Of a DNA stretch of 64,000 nt, positions 12,052-21,707 are shown in pieces; position 1 is the first letter of the stretch, and the number at the start of each line of letters is the position of its first letter. The notes beneath the pieces were generated by a model, which saw nothing but the letters and a program-made list of their open reading frames with translations, ran no database searches and had not been told where the DNA came from. The position numbers and the translations under genes are program-made. Location: positions 320,001 through 384,000 of the forward strand of contig CAWCNS010000004.1 of NCBI GenBank assembly GCA_963796965.1. The letters run 5' to 3'. Origin of the DNA: Calditrichia bacterium (GTDB lineage Bacteria > Calditrichota > Calditrichia > JAJRVZ01).

Positions 12052-12828
12052 ATGAATGTTAAAGATCTACTGAGTTTGAAGGATAAAATCATTCTGGTTA
12101 CAGGCGGTGCCGGTCAATACGGCCGATGCATTGTTGAAGGATTGGCTGAAGCCGGCGGTACTGTCATCACGGCCTCCCGAAATCTTAAAGCAGGAGAACA
12201 AATAGCACAAGAATTTTGCGACAGAGGATTAGATGTTTTTGCCATGCCGGTCGATCAGGCTGATCATGAATCTGTTTTGACCCTGAAAGAACAAGTTCTG
12301 GATAAATTTGGACGGCTGAATGTTTTCGTAAATAATGCCGTCAGCCGTCCCATGAAAGGTTACAATGCCCCGATAGATCAATTCGCCGAGTCCATGCGCG
12401 TCAATGCTACGGGCATGATGGATATCCTGCGTGAGATGGCAGATATGATCGCTCAAAGCGGGGGAGGCAGTATTATCAATATCAGTTCCATGATGGGTAT
12501 GTATGGCCCGGATCTCTCAAATTATGAAGGTACCAATATGGGTGATATGCCGCCGGATTATTTTTTTCACAGGGGCGGGATGATAAATTTAACCCGTTTC
12601 CTGGCGCGAATGCTGGCGGATAAAAAAATTCGGGTAAACTGTATCAGTCCGGGAGGATTATTTAACGATCAACCGCAACGATTTGTAGAGAATTACAGCA
12701 AAAAGGTACCTGTGGGCCGGATGGCAAACAAAGACGATATTAAAGGTCTGGTGGTTTTATTAGCTTCAGAAGCATCAGCTTATATCACTGGTGAAAATAT
12801 TTTAATGGATGGCGGAATGCATGCCTAA
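12052..12828 (+). CDS. SDR family oxidoreductase
   Basis: VTGGAGQYG, VNNA, INISSMMG, RVNCISPGG, YITGENILMDGG. Confidence 0.9.
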   Translation: MNVKDLLSLKDKIILVTGGAGQYGRCIVEGLAEAGGTVITASRNLKAGEQIAQEFCDRGLDVFAMPVDQADHESVLTLKEQVLDKFGRLNVFVNNAVSRPMKGYNAPIDQFAESMRVNATGMMDILREMADMIAQSGGGSIINISSMMGMYGPDLSNYEGTNMGDMPPDYFFHRGGMINLTRFLARMLADKKIRVNCISPGGLFNDQPQRFVENYSKKVPVGRMANKDDIKGLVVLLASEASAYITGENILMDGGMHA

Positions 12829-12837
12829 AGGCGCACA

Positions 12838-12981
12838 ATATTGCCATTGTCTGAATGGTCGGTGAGGAATAATTCGAACCCCATTGGGATCCCTGATTTT
12901 ACAGCAGGAGCCTGGCAGGCCAATAAACCAAACATTGATATTAATTTAACAAGAGGTGGAAATACGAAAGTAAAATTCTAA
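12838..12981 (+). pseudogene. Orphan 3' fragment of a GH109-like Gfo/Idh/MocA gene
   Basis: Translates to ILPLSEWSVRNNSNPIGIPDFTAGAWQANKPNIDINL...*, matching the C-terminus of 35101..36531 (ILPLSSWSVHNQSNSIQIPDFTAGAWKSN). Confidence 0.8.
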
Positions 12982-13051
12982 TTCTTGACAATTTTCAATA
13001 TATATGATGTGGGTATGTTAACATTGAAATATTAAGGTATGGAGAAAATTA

Positions 13052-14267
13052 GTGAAAAAGGATTATTCTGATTTAAACAAGGTCTATCAGTTAGCTCGTG
13101 ATCTGATCGGAAGTGGATTGCAAGCAGGAACGATATACCACGAAGTATGGATCAGGGATTATAATACGTTTATCGAACTTGCATGTGACGTTTTACCACA
13201 AGCGCGTGTACGTGAGAATTTGCTGATGTTTTTTAAATTTCAGGGCATTGATGGAAATATTATCGACGGATTTATTCCGCGCGAAAAAATCAACCAGGCA
13301 AATGTCATATATAATTATATCTATACAGAGCTGGCTCCGCACTCCGCCGGTCATAAAAATACCGTCATAACGGATCAGGAAAGTAGTCTTGTTCAGGCTG
13401 TTGCGAAATATATTAAAAAGACCGCGGATACATCAATACTGCAGGAGCAAGTGTCCGGTATAAATGTACTCGAAGGTCTAAATCGGGCCATGGAGTTTCT
13501 GCTTGCTGAACGATTCTCCGCAAAATTTGGATTGATCTGGGGGGACACAACCATTGACTGGGGCGATGTGCAACCCAAACATGAGTTAGGTGTTTTGATG
13601 GATGAAAATAGTCATCCGGCTATTTCTATTTACAATAATGCTATGTTCGTTATAGCTCTTAATAATCTGATCGACATGATTAAAGATGATGAAGGAAGGG
13701 CAAAATGGAATAAAGTTAGAGATGAATTAAAATTAAATATCAGAAAACATTTATGGGATGCCGGATCAAATAAATTTATTCCTCATATCTATTTAGAGCG
13801 TTCACCCTTTCCGGAAGATTTCGACGAGAATAAGACTATATTTTCATGGCGGAACAGCAGTTGCCATCGAAGCCGGTTTGCTCTCCAAAAAAGAAATTGC
13901 CGCTGTTAATACCTGGATGTTAAAAAACCAGAAATTGGCCAACGCTCAATCAATTGGGATTACGGTTTACCCACCCTATCCTAAGGGCTATTTTATGAAT
14001 CCGTTTATGGTTCCTTTCGGATATCATAATGGCGGTGATTGGAGTTGGTGGGGCGGACGGATGATCCAACAGTTGATCCTTAACGGATTTATTGAAGAGG
14101 CCTGGGAAGAGATACAACCGATGGTAGACAGAGTTATAAAAAACAATGGATTTTACGAATGGTATACTATTGATGGTATACCCAAGGGAGCCGGAAATTT
14201 CAGGGGGGAGGCCGGAGTTCTGGCCAAAGCCATAGAAATGTTGAGGAATTCTCCTGTCAGTGGATGA
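13052..14267 (+). CDS. Putative (alpha/alpha)6-barrel glycoside hydrolase, frameshifted near 13840
   Basis: VWIRDY, TDQESSL, DWGDVQ, YHNGGDWSWWGG and FYEWY are typical of six-hairpin glycosidases. Confidence 0.65.
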
Positions 14268-14430
14268 GAGTTGATCCAAATTCAACTCAAATATTTAAGT
14301 AATAATGGTAATATCAAAAGCTCTATGATAAAACGAAAAACAGGATTAAAAGGTGAAACCATCCCGTGTCATCTTGGCTTCGCCAGCCTTTACGAGACAG
14401 GCAGAATCCTCAGAGAAATACTCTGAGAAC

Positions 14431-14815
14431 TCCAAAAGAATATCCTTTAAAGATATTACTGAGAAAATAATTTCCTGTGTCCCGATTTATCGGGAAAGTT
14501 TACTCATTACTTGGGCCAGGTTTGCTAGAAAATTTATATGAAGTAGCAATGGAACATGAATTAAAGTCACGCGGCATTGAATATAATCGACAAAAAGAAA
14601 TTGAGATTAAATACAAGGGTAATCCGACTGGGAATTACAGGTTAGATTATTTGATAGAAAATAAGGTGATTGTTGAATGATGTGTTGAAGCAATCAAGAA
14701 TATTCATATTGCCCAAGTGCTAACTTGCCTGAGAGCAGAAAATCTAAAAGTAGGATTGTTGATCAATTTTAATGTTGACAAATTAAAAGAAGGAATAAGG
14801 AGAGTTATCTTATAA
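14431..14815 (+). pseudogene. GxxExxY protein (PD-(D/E)xK-like) pseudogene
   Basis: DITEKIISC, then a frameshift, then LGPGLLENLYE (GxxExxY), YRLDYLIENKVIVE*, and after the stop IHIAQVLTCL...GLLINFN...GIRRVIL*. The start is not identifiable. Confidence 0.9.
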
Positions 14816-14887
14816 GAGATCACAGATGGGAGATGAAAAGAAATAGCATTAACATAAATAATATTAATAATTTACTCCGTGTACTTG

Positions 14888-14893
14888 TATGTT
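14888..14893 (+). promoter_or_regulatory. -10 box (TATGTT) of the IS110 circle-junction promoter
   Basis: Lies exactly 17 nt after TTGACT (16572-16577) once the IS is circularised at the CT core. Confidence 0.75.
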
Positions 14894-14899
14894 TAAAGT

Positions 14900-15105
14900 T
14901 AAAAGATTTAACTAACACTTTACTTGTTTATGTTTTATAAAACCTACATAATCTGGCATGTAAGGAGGTCCGTGTCCTGGTCTCGGAGACCGTCACAGAG
15001 TTTCTTCCGGCTGCCAGATAAAAGTCGGTTAATAACTTGGCACTAAGATGCCGTATTTTTACAAGGCTGATGATGTCTGGTTTTACATTTAACAAGTAAA
15101 GGAGT
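14900..15105 (+). ncRNA. IS110 bridge RNA (ends approximate)
   Basis: Left target guide TCCGTGTCCT 14969-78, right target guide CACAGAG 14994-15000, left donor guide TTAATAACT 15029-37, right donor guide TACAAG 15060-65. Each pair flanks a hairpin. Confidence 0.85.
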
Positions 15106-15111
15106 CATTAT

Positions 15112-16449
15112 ATGTCCAACTATTATCTAGGCTGCGATGTAAGTAAAGGTTATGCCGACTTTATCATCTTAGACAGTGACAAAATAGTTATTGAGCCTGT
15201 CTTTCAGTTAGATGATACTTTTGAAGGGCATAACCAGTTTTATCACTTTATCCGTGATTTTTTCAAACGATACCCAGGATCGAACCTATTCTCTGCTGTC
15301 GAAAGTACTGGCGGACTTGAGAATAACTGGCTGGCCCTGTTTAAACGTTTATCTGATATAATGAACATAAAGTCTACCAGAATAAACCCGGTCGGCCCAA
15401 ATGCGCTTCATAAAGCATCATTAGAACGCAATAGTGATGATGCTATAAGTGCAAAGTTCATTGCCGAATATTTGATCACTTATCCTAAAAAAGTGAATTA
15501 TAATGCTGACGACCCATACATTTCCCTAAGAAAACAATGGTCTCTTATTGAAATGTATAAAAAACAAAAAACACAACTTTTAAATCAACTGAATATTCTC
15601 CTTTATACGTCAATGCCATTTTTAATGAAACATATCAAAGATGGAATTCCAAATTGGATATTACTCCTGCTTAAGACATATCCTTCATCAGCTAAATTAA
15701 TCAGAACCAGGGAGACGACCCTGGCAAAGATTCCTTATATATCATATAATCGGGCTTGCGCTCTTATTTCCGATGCTAAGCAAAGTGTCGGCTCTATTGA
15801 TGATCAAACAACCGCTTTTATTATTAAATCTACTGTCGAACAGATCTTACATCTCAAAAATAAGATTGAGCAACATAAAAAGTATATGATAACTCACTGT
15901 GATCTGCCGGAAGTGAATCTTTTGCTATCATTTAAAGGTATCGGCATTTATTCAGCCATCGGCCTTATCCTCAACATCCTTGCTGTCGAACGTTTTCCAT
16001 CAGCAAAACATCTGGCTTCCTATTTCGGTGTTCATCCTGTATATAAGATTAGCGGCGATGGGAAAGGTGCTTTTCGGATGAGTAAAAAAGGTCGAAGTGT
16101 ACCCAGACAAATTCTTTACATGGTAGCCCGCAGCAGCATAGTTTACAATCCCTTAATCAAGGAAGTCTATATTAATCACTTAAAAAGAGGCAATGTTAAA
16201 TCATCAGCTCTTGGTGTATGCATGCATAAGGTACTGCGTATCGTCTTTGGAATGTTGAAACATCAAAAAGAATTTGATCCGGAAATAGATAGGCAAAACA
16301 GGAATAAAACCAGAATTGTGAAAAATAGAAGTTCTAATTCCAATTTAAAACGTCGCTATCAGGAAAAATCAGAGGATGCTCCTGTTTCTAAAAGACAAAG
16401 CATTAAAAGAAGGAAGAGAAAACAGTCCCAAAACCTACTTGAGGTTTAG
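15112..16449 (+). CDS. IS110-family recombinase/transposase (DEDD RuvC-like plus Tnp domain)
   Basis: LGCDVSK, AVESTG, DDAISA, FKGIGIYSA, LASYFGVHP..ISG, MSKKG. Intact 445-aa ORF with SD aaggag. Confidence 0.95.
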   Translation: MSNYYLGCDVSKGYADFIILDSDKIVIEPVFQLDDTFEGHNQFYHFIRDFFKRYPGSNLFSAVESTGGLENNWLALFKRLSDIMNIKSTRINPVGPNALHKASLERNSDDAISAKFIAEYLITYPKKVNYNADDPYISLRKQWSLIEMYKKQKTQLLNQLNILLYTSMPFLMKHIKDGIPNWILLLLKTYPSSAKLIRTRETTLAKIPYISYNRACALISDAKQSVGSIDDQTTAFIIKSTVEQILHLKNKIEQHKKYMITHCDLPEVNLLLSFKGIGIYSAIGLILNILAVERFPSAKHLASYFGVHPVYKISGDGKGAFRMSKKGRSVPRQILYMVARSSIVYNPLIKEVYINHLKRGNVKSSALGVCMHKVLRIVFGMLKHQKEFDPEIDRQNRNKTRIVKNRSSNSNLKRRYQEKSEDAPVSKRQSIKRRKRKQSQNLLEV

Positions 16450-16571
16450 TGCGGGATCAGAATTTCCTCTTCCCTCAAGAAGTGCTTATAAAATAATACG
16501 GAATCTTAGAATTGTCAAAGAACGAGTAAATTTTTACAAGAGAGACTGACATACATTGAGGTCAGTTTCTC

Positions 16572-16577
16572 TTGACT
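16572..16577 (+). promoter_or_regulatory. -35 box (TTGACT) at the IS110 right end
   Basis: Pairs with -10 TATGTT across the circle junction with a 17-nt spacer. Confidence 0.75.
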
Positions 16578-16639
16578 TTAATCTTAATAACTCTGTGGTT
16601 ATTTTTTTACACTACCGTAATAATTAGAAGGATTAAATT

Positions 16640-18944
16640 ATGAGAATAAGATTTTATCGAATAGCATTTATTATTCTTATTGGGCAAACTAATATTACCT
16701 GATCTTGCAGGCTTTGTTTATAGCCAGGATCCAGTGGATTATGTAAATCCAAACATCGGGACAATTGGGCACCTTCTTAAAGCAACTACTCCGGATGTTC
16801 AGCTTCCCCGCGGTATGATTAGATTGATACCGACTACTACGCCTGGGATTAGAGATATATATCTTGCCGACAAGATATATTCATTTTCAGCAACTTCATT
16901 ATCTAATGATTTTTCGCGAGGGCTTGGAATGTTCTCCGTGATGGCCACAACAGGAGATATTAAGGTTGATGCGGATGATAATGCTTCATGGTTCGATCAC
17001 GATTCAGAGAAAACAACGCCCTATTATTATTCTGTTTTGTTGGAGGATTATGATATTGATGTTGAATATACAGCGACTGAGCATTCAGCATTTTATCGAT
17101 TCACTTTTCCTGGGGGTGTGAATTCAAATATCCTGTTAAATATGCTCGGAAATTCAGAATTGAAAATTGTGAGTGATAATATCATTGAGGGCTATCAGGC
17201 ATATCCCAGAGAAGGTGACAGTGGTAGAAAATTGTACTTTCATGCCGAGTTCAGCAAAACATTCAAATCTTATGGAAGTTGGACCGAGAAAGAGGTTGCG
17301 CATGGAGAAAGAGAAAAAACCGGGAGTAATATTGGTATTTATACAACCTATTCGACTTTAAAAGGAGAGCCGGTGCAGGTTAGGGTGGGATTCTCATTTA
17401 TAAGCATAGATCAGGCTCGTAATAATTTAGAAAATGAGATTGCAGATTGGGACTTTGAGCGGGTTAAGAGTAGTGGGAGAGAAATATGGAACAAGGTATT
17501 AAGTAAGATACAAATCAAGGGTGGTACCGAAAGTCAGCGCATCATATTTTATACTGCTTTGTATCGGGTTATGGGAAGGAAAACAACCAACATTACAGAA
17601 TATGGAAAATATTATAGCAGCTTTGATAAAAGCGTCCATACAACGGATGGACATGATTTCTATCAGCTTGGAGAAAGTTGGGGATCATTCAGATCTTTGT
17701 ATCCTCTGGGTCTCATATTGGAGCCTGAAAGGCAGAATGATATCGTGCGATCTTATATACGTATGTATGAACAACGCGGATGGCTCGGTGATGCTGCTTT
17801 AGATCGGCGTGTTATGATTGGACGGCATGAAACTGCAACAATAACCGATGCTTACTTAAAAGGATTTCAAAATTTTGATGTGGAAAAGGCCTATGAGGGT
17901 ATGAAAAAAAATGCAATGGAAGCAACCATGATACCCTGGCGCAATGGTGCGACCACAGAGTTGGACACTGTTTACCAAAAGAAGGGATTTTTCCCAGCAT
18001 TGCCTTTGGAAAAAAAGGAATGGGTACAACAAGTTGACAAATTTGAGAAAAGGCAATCGGTGGCAGTGACTCTGGAGCATTGTTATGATGATTGGTGTTT
18101 GGCTCAGATGGCCAAATCCTTGAACAAGAATGAGGATTATGATTTTTTCATGAAACGTGCGAATAACTATCAGACGCTCTATGATTCCCGGATTGGCTTT
18201 ATGGCGCCAAAGACAGCAGATGGCAAGTGGGTGTTTAATGAAAAAGAGTTCGATCCTATTTGGAGCGGTGGCCAGGGTGGACGAGACTACTACACTGAAG
18301 CGAATGCATGGACCTACACCTTTCACGTTCAACATGATGTGGCCGGACTGATCAACCTTATGGGAGGAAGAGAAAAGTTCATCACCAAACTGGATGCCCT
18401 CTTTCAGGAGCAATTCGGGGGACGTGGCTCAAAGTTTAATTATTTAAATCAGTTCCCGGATGCGACTGGTTTGATAGGGCAGTACAATCACGGCAACCAG
18501 CCGGGCTTTCACATTTCATACCTTTACAATTACGGCGGTGAGCCCTGGAAAACCCAGCGCAGAGTTCGGGACATCATGAAGATATGGTACAATGACGGAC
18601 CATTGGGAATATGTGGAGATGAAGATGAAGGTGAGTTGTCATCCTGGTATGTGTTCAGCGCAATGGGATTTTATCCTGTTTGTCCCGGTCGGCCTGTATA
18701 TGATATCGGCAGTCCGATATTTGAAAAGGTTGTAATCGATGTCGGCAATAACAAGACATTTGTTATTGAATCCAGGAATGTATCATCAAAGAACAAATAT
18801 ATTCAATCGGCACAATTAAATGGTGAGGCACTTAACTCTCCATGGTTTAATCATTCTGATCTGGTAAAAGGTGGTAAACTTGTATTAATGATGGGGCCTA
18901 GGCCAAATATGGAATGGACTATGAATAGTAACTTCCATAAATAG
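16640..18944 (+). CDS. GH92 alpha-mannosidase
   Basis: DYVNPNIGT, FYTALY, SVAVTLEHCYDDW, YTEANAWTY, YNHGNQP, GDEDEGELSSWYVFSAMGFYP. Probable start ATG 16640 with an indel in the signal region. Confidence 0.92.
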
Positions 18945-19008
18945 TGGATGGCATATATTGTCGGGCAAAGGATTTTTTACAGGTTGTATTAAAAATAAGG
19001 GAAGAAAA

Positions 19009-21600
19009 ATGATTAAGGCCAAATTGATTTATGCAGCAGCACTAAGTTTTACTTTAACGTTTAATTTAAATGCGCAAAAGATGGAAGTGGATATTAATTC
19101 TAAATCCGCTACATCAAATGGACAGCAAGTTGAAAATCGAACGGCCGGAGATTACCACGATGGAGGAAGTTGGAAAAAAACTTTGCATGATAAAGCGATC
19201 TATTTTGAAAAGAATACGAAAGAACGTCATAATATTGAAGGAACTTATCCATCATCTGTGAGATTACGACCCCCAACAAAATTTTATAATGGTTCACAGA
19301 AAGAGGCGTGGAAAACATTAAATACAACCGGCATATTACCACAGGGGTGGTTTGTTGATCATGGAACAACCGGTTTGTCGAACGTTGTTCATACAAGTTC
19401 ATGGACCGGAAATCTTATTACAGCCGAGGCTTTCCATGTTGCGTTTTTACGAAAAACAAAAGGAGAAAACAGTAGTGAATATAAAGCCGCATATGAAAGA
19501 GCCAATGAAATAATCTCCGGGATAAGAAAATTAACACTGGTTAGCGGACAGCCCGGTTATCTTGCAAGAGGTTTTGCTTATGGACATGGGCCTTCATATG
19601 TGGAACGTCACTATAGATGGGGTGAAGAAGATACACGTGATTTATGGCAACAGGGAGTTGGGAAATATTCTCATTTACGATATCGTGGTGGGCCAAGCCA
19701 TCATAATTACGACCAGGTTTTTAGAGGTTTGGGTATTTATTATTTTATTGCCGCAGATAATGCTCAGAAGCAAGCGATTCGAAAGATTGTTGAAGATATG
19801 TCAAACTGGGCCCATCTAAAAAACAACATGGTTGTGATGCTAGAGAATGGAAAAGATATCAGTACTGAATTGATAGGCGGCTGGCGTGCTCTTGCCGGTG
19901 ACACACGTCCCTCGGGAAGTTCTATTATGGCAACTACCGGTTTGAAAATCGCATATATGATTACCGGTAACGAAAAAGTGAAAGAACTTTATGACAAGTG
20001 GGTTGGTAAATTGAAATATCGCGAGTTTAAAGATTCGGAGGAGTCCTTTATGGGAGAAGCCCGAAGAAATTTCGATGATACAGATCATCTCCTCCCAGAT
20101 TTATACCTTCTTAATTTAATTGAGAAAGATGAAGATCTGCTTGCATTTTATAAAAAGTGTGTAAAAGATTCGTGGAATGTGCATAAGAACGACAAGCAAT
20201 CATGGTTTAATTTTATTTATCAGGCAGTTCTCGGAGATGAATATGGTGACATTGAAGGTTCGATTTGGAATCTGCAAACATTTCCGACCAACAGAATTTT
20301 GAAACCTCAGATGAATAGTATTAGAACCGACATTGAATTTTATACTGAAAACGGACGCAAACAGTCGCTAGATCCTTTACCAATTTATGCACGTAGGTCG
20401 GATAACGAATATGAATGGAAAGGATCTCCATATGCATTGGATGGATGGTTTTCCCGTACTGTTACAAATCTTGAAGTATCACCATACGATGACTATGTAC
20501 AATTTGCCATTGAAGAAAACGGTGTAATTTACCGCAGTTTTACTAAAGGGGAAGTATGGCAACAACTTGACGGAATTTCTGGAGTAAATGATATCATTTT
20601 ATTTCCCAAGTATAGATGGCTTGTTGTTGCAGCAACGGATCACGGTATTTATCGTTCATTTTGCGGTGGAGATTTGTGGGAAAAATCTTCCGATTTGATT
20701 GTTGATCAACTTTATCAGGAAAATAAAAATTCAAATATTCTTTATGCTGTTTCTTCGGAGGGTATTTATAGAAGCGATGATTTTGGTGAGTGGGGAGCAG
20801 CTGAGGAGTGGCACTTAATAAGTGGCAAAACACCTAAATTACGGTATAAAAATTTTGCAATTGGAATTAAGGATAATAATGTAAAGATGTACATGCAAAC
20901 AAATCAGGGATTATATTACAAGTCAAATGAAAATTCAGAATGGATTCCGCCCAAGCTGGCAATTCGCGGAAGAGGTTTTAGTGAAGTTATGGTGTTTCCT
21001 GGTAAGTTATTGTGGACAACGATATATGATAACAGAATATTTAGCGCTGTTTCAATTTCAGAATGGGCCTATAGGGGAACTATACTGATTGTGAGTGAAG
21101 ATCAAGGAAAAACCTGGATGCCGATTGTGAAGGAATTAGACCCGTTATACAAATGGATGATCCACGCGAAGGATGGGAAATCAATATCCCGTAGTGAAGT
21201 ACAAGCCTTATTAAAACGTCTTAAAAGTATTTCAATTCAAGATCTTATTGTTGATACGCAAGATAGTGATACATGGTATGGTATAACAGATAATGGTGTC
21301 GCTATTACTCATGATGCTGGTAAAACATGGAAAGTGACTAGCAAAGGTTTATATATTCCAAAAGTTGATGCAATTTTCTCTTCCCGGTATTCTAATGAAA
21401 TTTATATCAGTACACCTGCTGGTGTTTACGTTAGTAATAACAAAGGAGAATCTTGGGAAGATACTTCATTGATACTGAATGACAAAGGTGCCCTTAGAGC
21501 AGAAATAGGAGGCATTGGGTATCTTGAAGCCTATTGGTTGGGAAGATATCATGATTTTATAACTGATAAAAACGCCGACAGTATTTGGTGGGAAAATTGA
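19009..21600 (+). CDS. Secreted hypothetical protein: helical N-terminal domain plus BNR-repeat beta-propeller
   Basis: Signal peptide MIKAKLIYAAAL. BNR-like SEDQGKTW, THDAGKTW, SNNKGESW. Confidence 0.65.
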   Translation: MIKAKLIYAAALSFTLTFNLNAQKMEVDINSKSATSNGQQVENRTAGDYHDGGSWKKTLHDKAIYFEKNTKERHNIEGTYPSSVRLRPPTKFYNGSQKEAWKTLNTTGILPQGWFVDHGTTGLSNVVHTSSWTGNLITAEAFHVAFLRKTKGENSSEYKAAYERANEIISGIRKLTLVSGQPGYLARGFAYGHGPSYVERHYRWGEEDTRDLWQQGVGKYSHLRYRGGPSHHNYDQVFRGLGIYYFIAADNAQKQAIRKIVEDMSNWAHLKNNMVVMLENGKDISTELIGGWRALAGDTRPSGSSIMATTGLKIAYMITGNEKVKELYDKWVGKLKYREFKDSEESFMGEARRNFDDTDHLLPDLYLLNLIEKDEDLLAFYKKCVKDSWNVHKNDKQSWFNFIYQAVLGDEYGDIEGSIWNLQTFPTNRILKPQMNSIRTDIEFYTENGRKQSLDPLPIYARRSDNEYEWKGSPYALDGWFSRTVTNLEVSPYDDYVQFAIEENGVIYRSFTKGEVWQQLDGISGVNDIILFPKYRWLVVAATDHGIYRSFCGGDLWEKSSDLIVDQLYQENKNSNILYAVSSEGIYRSDDFGEWGAAEEWHLISGKTPKLRYKNFAIGIKDNNVKMYMQTNQGLYYKSNENSEWIPPKLAIRGRGFSEVMVFPGKLLWTTIYDNRIFSAVSISEWAYRGTILIVSEDQGKTWMPIVKELDPLYKWMIHAKDGKSISRSEVQALLKRLKSISIQDLIVDTQDSDTWYGITDNGVAITHDAGKTWKVTSKGLYIPKVDAIFSSRYSNEIYISTPAGVYVSNNKGESWEDTSLILNDKGALRAEIGGIGYLEAYWLGRYHDFITDKNADSIWWEN

Positions 21601-21707
21601 ATATACCGGAATTCAGTGTAATTTTGTTGCTTACAGAACATTTAATAATGGGGTAATTGTTCTGAATTGGTTTGGAATAAATCTTTTCTGATTGAAAGGA
21701 GCACCCT

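Larger units (their letters stand above)
14886..16592 (+). mobile_element. IS110-family insertion sequence, CT core, no terminal inverted repeats
   Basis: Junctions ctccgtgta-CT-tgtatg (CT 14884-85) and cttaataa-CT-ctgtgg (CT 16591-92). Excision rejoins the family B arm seen at 7923-7983, 11996-12014 and 35005-35061. Confidence 0.92.
14356..16615 (+). mobile_element. GxxExxY gene element with family B inverted arms, interrupted by a 40-bp hairpin (left arm) and IS110 (right arm)
   Basis: Removing 14362-14401 restores aaaccacagaatcctcagagaaatac. Removing the IS restores ctccgtgtactctgtggtt. Confidence 0.75.

Noticed and set aside
14884..16592. CT or ACT at both IS ends as a classical target-site duplication
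   Set aside because: IS110 recombines conservatively through a core shared by donor and target, and both guide pairs include the CT.
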